NCBI GenBank assembly: GCA_963746475.1
Contig: CAVVBB010000002.1
Span: 78,935 to 142,934, forward strand
Length of the DNA stretch: 64,000 nt
Direction of reading: 5' to 3'
Source: an uncultured delta proteobacterium
GTDB taxonomy: Bacteria; Myxococcota_A; Polyangia; Polyangiales; Houyiibacteriaceae
Shown: positions 58,488 to 64,000 of the stretch, piece by piece
Layout of the letters: every line of letters begins with the position of its first letter
Numbering within the stretch: the stretch's first letter is position 1
Notes under the pieces: model-generated
What the model was told of the DNA's origin: nothing
The model's input: only the letters and a program-made list of their open reading frames with translations
The model's database searches: none
Program-made: the position numbers and the translations under genes

Positions 58488-60671
58488 ATGACTTACGAGA
58501 TCGTCGGGATGGGTTGGAGTCGCTCCGCCCTCATCAAGCTGCTGGCGAGCGGCCTCCTGGCCCTGTCTCTCGGGGCTTGCGGAGACAGCAGCGGTAACGG
58601 AGCCTCGGGCGGCAGCGGTGGATCGGGCGGCAGCCCAAACCCGGAAGACACGTGTCTCCCCGGCGAAATCTGCGTCACCGTCATGGCGGATCAGACGACC
58701 GGCGATGAGCTGCGGCTCATTCTGTATGCGACGGAGGAGGAGGACTGGCCGCAGGCGTTCAAGAGCTTGCCGACTCCGACGGCCGTGATGAGTGAATCTC
58801 CGCCGGTACCCGATACCTTTCCAATTCGGATTCGGATGCCCATGGCGAACAACATCTTCGCGTTCTCGGGCGAGTTGCCCGAGGGAACGCGGCTCGGTCT
58901 CGCCGTCGCGACTGGAGTCGCGTCGACCTTTATCGTCGCACCCACCGACGCCCGCGGCTTCTCCGAGTCGACGATGGTCTACTCAGCCAATGCGACCATG
59001 GACTTCGGGACCATCGACCTGGCGCTACCGGCCGGCAGTGTTTGCGATCTGAACCCCTTCAACCCCGAATGCCTGACCAATGGATTCTTCTGGGAGGAGC
59101 GCATGCTGGGCGAAGAGGACTTCGTGCAGGGTGCGATCTACATGGACCTGGCGGACGTCGACGGGGACGGCATCGACGACATCCTGACGGTCGGTGAGCC
59201 TCACTTCGAGGAGCCGGAGCTGCCACTCGACGTGCTCCGCTTGGGCATTTACTACCTCAACGAGGACCTCACGGTTCGTGAGCAGGAAGTCGTCGACCAG
59301 TGGTCTGAAGAAGACCCGACGCTTTATAGTCCTTGGGGCGTCAAGGTGATCGAGCACAGCGGTGCCCCGATGATCATCGTAGGCACGAACATCCCCGGCT
59401 TGGCGCCGCTCGAAGACGGCTCCGGAACGGTCCTGTCGTACCGCAAAGAGGGGGACGAGTGGCTGCGTGAGATCGTGAGAGCCAATCCAAATGCCAAGGA
59501 GATCAACTACAACGCCATGATCGTCGTCACCTGCGACATCGATAATGACGGCGACGAGGACTTGGCGCTCAGTGGCGCCTTTGGCTCATCTGCCGTCGGA
59601 AGCTGGATGGAGAACACGGGCGATCTAGACTCGCCTTGGATCGAGCATCTCACGGAGCAGGCCCCGGACACGGATTCCTTCATTCGGGGCACCCTGGGCT
59701 ACAAGTGTACCGATCTCGACGGAGACGACTATCCCGAGGTCGTCTACAACGCGATGTTCGACGTCGCGAACTCCGATCCGCCACAGTTCCGCGGCGAGAT
59801 CTGGCTCGCGCGCAACCCCGGACCTGCGGGTTGGGACGAACGCTGGCCCAAGGTCGTCATCGACGACGACAACTGGGCGTCCGCGGACATGTGGTTCCAC
59901 GACTTCGACGAGGATGGCTACCCAGACCTCATCGCCAACCAAATCTTCAACTCCACGGTGACTCGGTACTGGAGTCCTGGCGCCGACCTCACGGAGGATT
60001 GGGAGCCGGAAGTGATCATCTCTGGGCTCACCTCACCGAGCGACTTCTGGCTCGATGACATGGACGGCGATGGTCTCATCGACGTGGTGAGCGCCGACCA
60101 CACTGCGCACCGCGGCGTCTGGCACAAGAACCCAGGAGTCGAAAGTAGCGAGCTGTGGGAGCTGCACTCGATCTACCGCGACATCCGCTTGCCTGGCGAC
60201 TTCGCCATGAGCGACCACGATGACGATGGAGATCTGGATTGGCTGGGGGTCTCCCTCACTCTAGGGCAGGCCTTCGTCGTCGAGCAGGTACAGCCGCCCT
60301 CGAGCCTCGTGACGCGGATCTCGCTACCGAGCGACTTCGACGCGAAGATCACGAAGCTGGTGGTCACGCTTGCCGAGGAGATTCCTGTCACAACCGTGCC
60401 GGCCGCCATTCTCGCGACCATCGACAACGTGGACAAGGACGAGGACGGAAAGCTCGATGTCGACCAGATCTTGAACGAGTCCCGCCATGCCGTGCTCTCG
60501 TTCGAAGACGTCGGAGTGACCGGCGACTACCACGTGGTGATAGGGCTTTACGTCGAAGGCGGCGGGGAGTTCATTCCGGTGTCGGGCGTCGACTACGAAG
60601 CGGACAGCGAGAAGCTGACGTTCGGCCAAGGCAAGGTCGAGGTCGAGCTCGAGCCCGCGGTGGTCCCCTGA
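58488..60671 (+). CDS. Lipoprotein with FG-GAP/VCBS-like Ca-binding repeats
   Basis: Lipobox SLGAC; DVDGDGIDDI, DIDNDGDEDL, DLDGDDYPEV, DFDEDGYPDL, DMDGDGLIDV, DHDDDGDLDW. Confidence 0.88.
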   Translation: MTYEIVGMGWSRSALIKLLASGLLALSLGACGDSSGNGASGGSGGSGGSPNPEDTCLPGEICVTVMADQTTGDELRLILYATEEEDWPQAFKSLPTPTAVMSESPPVPDTFPIRIRMPMANNIFAFSGELPEGTRLGLAVATGVASTFIVAPTDARGFSESTMVYSANATMDFGTIDLALPAGSVCDLNPFNPECLTNGFFWEERMLGEEDFVQGAIYMDLADVDGDGIDDILTVGEPHFEEPELPLDVLRLGIYYLNEDLTVREQEVVDQWSEEDPTLYSPWGVKVIEHSGAPMIIVGTNIPGLAPLEDGSGTVLSYRKEGDEWLREIVRANPNAKEINYNAMIVVTCDIDNDGDEDLALSGAFGSSAVGSWMENTGDLDSPWIEHLTEQAPDTDSFIRGTLGYKCTDLDGDDYPEVVYNAMFDVANSDPPQFRGEIWLARNPGPAGWDERWPKVVIDDDNWASADMWFHDFDEDGYPDLIANQIFNSTVTRYWSPGADLTEDWEPEVIISGLTSPSDFWLDDMDGDGLIDVVSADHTAHRGVWHKNPGVESSELWELHSIYRDIRLPGDFAMSDHDDDGDLDWLGVSLTLGQAFVVEQVQPPSSLVTRISLPSDFDAKITKLVVTLAEEIPVTTVPAAILATIDNVDKDEDGKLDVDQILNESRHAVLSFEDVGVTGDYHVVIGLYVEGGGEFIPVSGVDYEADSEKLTFGQGKVEVELEPAVVP

Positions 60672-60686
60672 GCTGCGCGCGCGCTT

Positions 60687-60724
60687 TCAGAGGCTGAGCA
60701 CTTTGGCCACTTCTGGGCGCTCGC
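60687..60724. repeat. 38-bp direct repeat, right copy: current 3' end of the GST gene
   Basis: TCAGAGGCTGAGCACTTTGGCCACTTCTGGGCGCTCGC; minus strand encodes ERPEVAKVLSL*. Confidence 0.93.
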
Positions 60725-61319
60725 GAAAGCGGCGCTCCCATGCGCAGAGTCGCTGAAGAGACGGGTCCAGCGAGAGCTTCGCCAGGCGGCCAAAATTGAG
60801 GCCGGCCAGCATCGCGCAGTCGGCCACCGTGGGGCGTGCGCCTGCCAGGAATTGGCGGCCGTCCGACATCCAGGCTTCGAGGACGTCGAGCGTCTTGGCC
60901 AACCGTGGCGCGTAGAACTCGACGATCGCCGGGTTCGAGGGAAGCCCTAGTGGCGATGTCGTTGCGTGCACGATGCGGGCTGCCGCGTAGAGCACGCCCT
61001 GCTCGGCGACGCGCTCCACTTCCATGACCTGCGCTCGCTCCTTCGGGCTCGCGCCCACGAGGTTCGGCTCCGGGTAGAGCTCCTCTAGGTAGTCCATGAT
61101 GGCGCGCGATTCGGTCAAACAGGTCCCGTCGTCGAGCTCCAGCACCGGGAGCCGGCCGAAGGGGTTGCGCGCGAGGTGCTCGGGGCTCTTCTGTTCTCCT
61201 TTGCGCAGGTCGACGGGAACGCGCTCGACCGGGATGGCAGCGCCTGCGGCCTCCTTGAGGCTCAGGTACAGCAGAACGCGAGTCGGGTTCGGCGCGACTG
61301 GGAAGAAGTAGAGCTTCAT
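60687..61319 (-). CDS. Glutathione S-transferase family protein
   Basis: APNPTRV, NPFGRLPVLELDDG, LTESRAI and FLAGARPTVADC motifs. Confidence 0.93.
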   Translation of the reverse strand: MKLYFFPVAPNPTRVLLYLSLKEAAGAAIPVERVPVDLRKGEQKSPEHLARNPFGRLPVLELDDGTCLTESRAIMDYLEELYPEPNLVGASPKERAQVMEVERVAEQGVLYAAARIVHATTSPLGLPSNPAIVEFYAPRLAKTLDVLEAWMSDGRQFLAGARPTVADCAMLAGLNFGRLAKLSLDPSLQRLCAWERRFRERPEVAKVLSL

Positions 61320-61352
61320 TGGACAGATATAGCGCCCGCGCACGATGGCCGG

Positions 61353-62240
61353 CTAGTGCAGATAGTTGCGCACGACGACTTCGCTCACCTTGCCCCGCTT
61401 CTTCGCGTTGCAGTTGATGGCTCGCGGGGCGGCCACGGTGTCTACCTGGAAGTCCGCATACAGCTCGCGAATGAAGGGCACGTCGCTGTTGGACAGCATC
61501 AGCTTGCAGCCGCGACGGTCCAGTGCCCGGTACACGTCACGGAGCCGGGTCTGGTCTCGTCGGTCGAAGCCTCCGCTCGAGTAGGCCGTGAAGCTGGCGG
61601 TCTCCGAGACGGGCTCGTAGGGCGGGTCGAAGTAGACGAAGTCACCGGGCTTGGCGGACTCGAGCAGGTGCTCGAAGCCGGCGCGCTCGATGCTTGCCGT
61701 GCGCAGAAGCTCACTGGCTGTGCGCAATCCGCTCTCGTCCACGATGCGCGGGTTCTTATAGGAACCGACCGGAACGTTGAACTCGCCTTTGCGGTTGACT
61801 CGGTGCAGGCCGTTGAAACAGGTCTTGTTCAAGTAGATGAACATGGCCGCGCGGCGGGCTTTGGACAGCCTGCGTCCCTGGTTGTAGCGCTCGCGGACTT
61901 CGTAGTAGGCGTCCTTGCTGTGGCCGCGGGCTAGACCTCGCAGGGCGCGGATCACGGTGTCCACGTCGTCTCGGACGGCTTGGTAGGTCGAGACCAGCGA
62001 GGGGTTGATGTCGGTCAGCATGGCGCGCCCCGGCTGCCGAGAGAAGAAGAGCGCTCCACCGCCGACGAAGGGCTCCACGTGTCGCATGTGTTCGACCCCT
62101 TGCGGCAGAAGAGGGCGCAGCTGGCTGAGAAGCCGACCCTTGCCCCCGGCCCACTTTACGAAGGGCACGGGGCTGCTGCTCGGGGCGTTTGCTGGGCTGA
62201 AGGTTCGGGGCTGCTCGATAGCCAGCGCAGAGGTCATCAT
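61353..62240 (-). CDS. dam: Orphan Dam-family (D12, alpha class) DNA adenine methyltransferase
   Basis: KWAGGK, EPFVGGGA, YLNKTCFNGL, YFDPPY and LSNS motifs. Confidence 0.93.
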   Translation of the reverse strand: MMTSALAIEQPRTFSPANAPSSSPVPFVKWAGGKGRLLSQLRPLLPQGVEHMRHVEPFVGGGALFFSRQPGRAMLTDINPSLVSTYQAVRDDVDTVIRALRGLARGHSKDAYYEVRERYNQGRRLSKARRAAMFIYLNKTCFNGLHRVNRKGEFNVPVGSYKNPRIVDESGLRTASELLRTASIERAGFEHLLESAKPGDFVYFDPPYEPVSETASFTAYSSGGFDRRDQTRLRDVYRALDRRGCKLMLSNSDVPFIRELYADFQVDTVAAPRAINCNAKKRGKVSEVVVRNYLH

Positions 62241-62328
62241 CTGTGGGATGATCGCCTACATACGCGGACATCTGGAAAAAACTGACCAGCTTTTTTCGGA
62301 CGCCGGCCCGATTCGTCATGGGGCGCGT

Positions 62329-63603
62329 CTACTTGGCGGCTTCAACCATTTTGCTCAGGCGGTCCAGGGCTTCTTCGAGGACGGGGCCCGGAGGGCCAAA
62401 CGAGAAGCGAACGTGGTTCACGAAGCGGGAGGCGCGGCCGGTGCGCCGCTTTCCGGGATTCACGTCGAAGAAGTGACCGGGGACGCAGATGACCTTGTGC
62501 TCCAGGGCGGCCCTGAAGAAAGCATCACTGCTCCGAAGCGACTCGGGTAGCTGGCTGAGGTCGCCCCAGGCGTAGAAGGTGCCCTCAGGCTCGAGGTCGA
62601 AGCGAACGCCGATCTTTCGCAAGCCGTCCAGCAGAAGGTGGCGCTTCGTTCGGAATTCCTTCTGAATGGCGTCGGTTTCGGCAAGCGTCGCACGCTCCTG
62701 AACCAGGTCGATCGCCGCACGCTGCATGGGCGCGACGCCACCGCCGTCCAGGAAGGAGCCCGCGCTAGCGGCCCCCTCGATGATGCGCTTGGGGCCTAGG
62801 ATCCAGCTCACGCGAAAGCCCGGATAGCGCCAGTTCTTGGTCAAGCCGTCGAAGATGACGATGGGGTCGCGATCCACGTCCTCCACGTACTCGGCCGCGC
62901 TGACGATGGGTTTGTCTCCGACCCAGGTGTAGTGCGAGTAGAACTCGTCCAGCATCAACGAGCACTTGAGGTGCCTCGCGGTTTGCACCCAGCCTGCCAG
63001 CGTGTCCCCGTGAACCATCTTGCCGGTGGGGTTACACGGGTTACTGACGAGGATCGCGCTCAGGCCGCGTCCCAGAATTTCTTCGTGCAGGTCTTCGGCG
63101 CTGAAGTGGTACCCGGACTTGGGGTCGAGCAGGATCGGGATCGGCAAAAAACGCCGAAAGACGTCGAGCAGTTCCTCGTAGGCCGTGTAGTCCGGTAGGA
63201 AGTGACCCAGGTGAATGGGCGCGATAGCGGCGCAGGCCCGGGTGATGCCGACGCGGCCACCGCCGGCGATGGCGACGTTCTCTGCGCTGTACTGAGACTT
63301 CATCCCCCGACGGAAGAGTCGGTTGTAGAGATCGGCGACCGCTTCCCGCAGTTCCCAGATTCCCGGAACCGGGGCGTAGTCGAGGTCTTCGGACTGCACG
63401 TCGATCTGCCGTACCCGGGGCGGGGCGCCCGGAAGCTCGCCCGTGTCAGGCTGGCCTTGGCCGAGGTTGCACCAGTCTTCGGCGTCTGGGCCGAAGCCTC
63501 GCTTCTGCGCCTCGACCGTGACGTAGATCACGCCGGTTCTCGGCACCCGGCGAAATGCGGCATGTTCGGTGACTTCCATGATGGGGTCGGGTCTCTCGTC
63601 CAT
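62329..63603 (-). CDS. PLP-dependent aminotransferase class I/II
   Basis: NLGQGQPD, SNPCNPTG, LDEFY, GLTKNWRYPGFRVSW and VRFSF motifs; start at ATG 63603. Confidence 0.93.
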   Translation of the reverse strand: MDERPDPIMEVTEHAAFRRVPRTGVIYVTVEAQKRGFGPDAEDWCNLGQGQPDTGELPGAPPRVRQIDVQSEDLDYAPVPGIWELREAVADLYNRLFRRGMKSQYSAENVAIAGGGRVGITRACAAIAPIHLGHFLPDYTAYEELLDVFRRFLPIPILLDPKSGYHFSAEDLHEEILGRGLSAILVSNPCNPTGKMVHGDTLAGWVQTARHLKCSLMLDEFYSHYTWVGDKPIVSAAEYVEDVDRDPIVIFDGLTKNWRYPGFRVSWILGPKRIIEGAASAGSFLDGGGVAPMQRAAIDLVQERATLAETDAIQKEFRTKRHLLLDGLRKIGVRFDLEPEGTFYAWGDLSQLPESLRSSDAFFRAALEHKVICVPGHFFDVNPGKRRTGRASRFVNHVRFSFGPPGPVLEEALDRLSKMVEAAK

Positions 63604-63653
63604 GGAACCGGGTACTCTAGCAGAAGTCCCGAAATGCGATAGCCTTCCCCGTG

Positions 63654-64000
63654 ATGGACGTCCTGCGAATCGAGGGCCTGCTCGTCGACTGTGTCGTAGG
63701 CGTCTACCCGCAGGAGCGCGACAGTGTTCAGCCGCTTCTCGTTGACGTGGAGCTGAGGCTGCCGACCGAGCTCGCGGCGACCCGGGAGAGCTTGCGCTCC
63801 ACCGTCGATTACGCGGCGACCGCCGCCCAGCTCGCGTTCCTTCTGCGAAGCTGCCGATTCCGAATGCTGGAGACCGCTGCCCACGCTCTGGCGCGTTACC
63901 TTCTCCTCCCATCGGTCTCGGGCGAGACCCAGCTGGAGTCGGTGCTCGTGCGTCTGACCAAGCCCGAGGCCCTTGCGGGACTGGCCATTCCCTCGGTGCA
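63654..64000 (+). CDS. folB: Dihydroneopterin aldolase, truncated by the right window edge
   Basis: Not in the ORF track. Hand translation: MDVLRIEGLLVDCVVGVYPQERDSVQPLLVDVEL...STVDYAA...FRMLETAA...VRLTKPEA. Confidence 0.9.
   Translation, partial: MDVLRIEGLLVDCVVGVYPQERDSVQPLLVDVELRLPTELAATRESLRSTVDYAATAAQLAFLLRSCRFRMLETAAHALARYLLLPSVSGETQLESVLVRLTKPEALAGLAIPSV

Larger units (their letters stand above)
56128..60724. mobile_element. Putative inserted islet (~4.5 kb) bounded by 38-bp direct repeats; no integrase seen
   Basis: Flanking repeats duplicate a gene 3' end; interior holds apparent gene fragments and two surface-protein genes. Confidence 0.55.

Noticed and set aside
61353-62240. Dam-like gene as part of a restriction-modification system or prophage
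   Set aside because: It is flanked by GST and aminotransferase genes, with no nuclease or phage genes, and lies outside the repeat-bounded islet.

Overview
GC-rich bacterial chromosome segment, probably Myxococcota (Polyangia-like). That placement is inferred from a MYXO-CTERM protein, a long TPR protein and many Gly-linker lipoproteins. About 50 genes are present, mostly housekeeping or metabolic: an ethylmalonyl-CoA pathway cluster (ecm-meaB-ccr-mcd) with a divergent ScfR/RamB regulator, an RND pump, glpK, smc, purQL, thiSGE, alr, mlaEF, arfB, fabH, folB and two orphan DNA methyltransferases. I saw no rRNA, tRNA, CRISPR array, transposase or integrase. Main observations: (1) a ~4.5 kb integrase-less insert bounded by a 38-bp direct repeat that duplicates the 3' end of a GST gene; (2) an EF-G paralogue with degenerate GTPase motifs lying head-to-head with arfB across 36 bp; (3) a signal peptidase I homologue lacking both catalytic residues; (4) an NrdR-box-like site upstream of smc; (5) a protein with degenerate cyclase and STAND ATPase domains; (6) tandem Cys-rich lipoprotein paralogues, one carrying two 18-bp repeat arrays. 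All calls come from motif recognition by eye, with no database searches.
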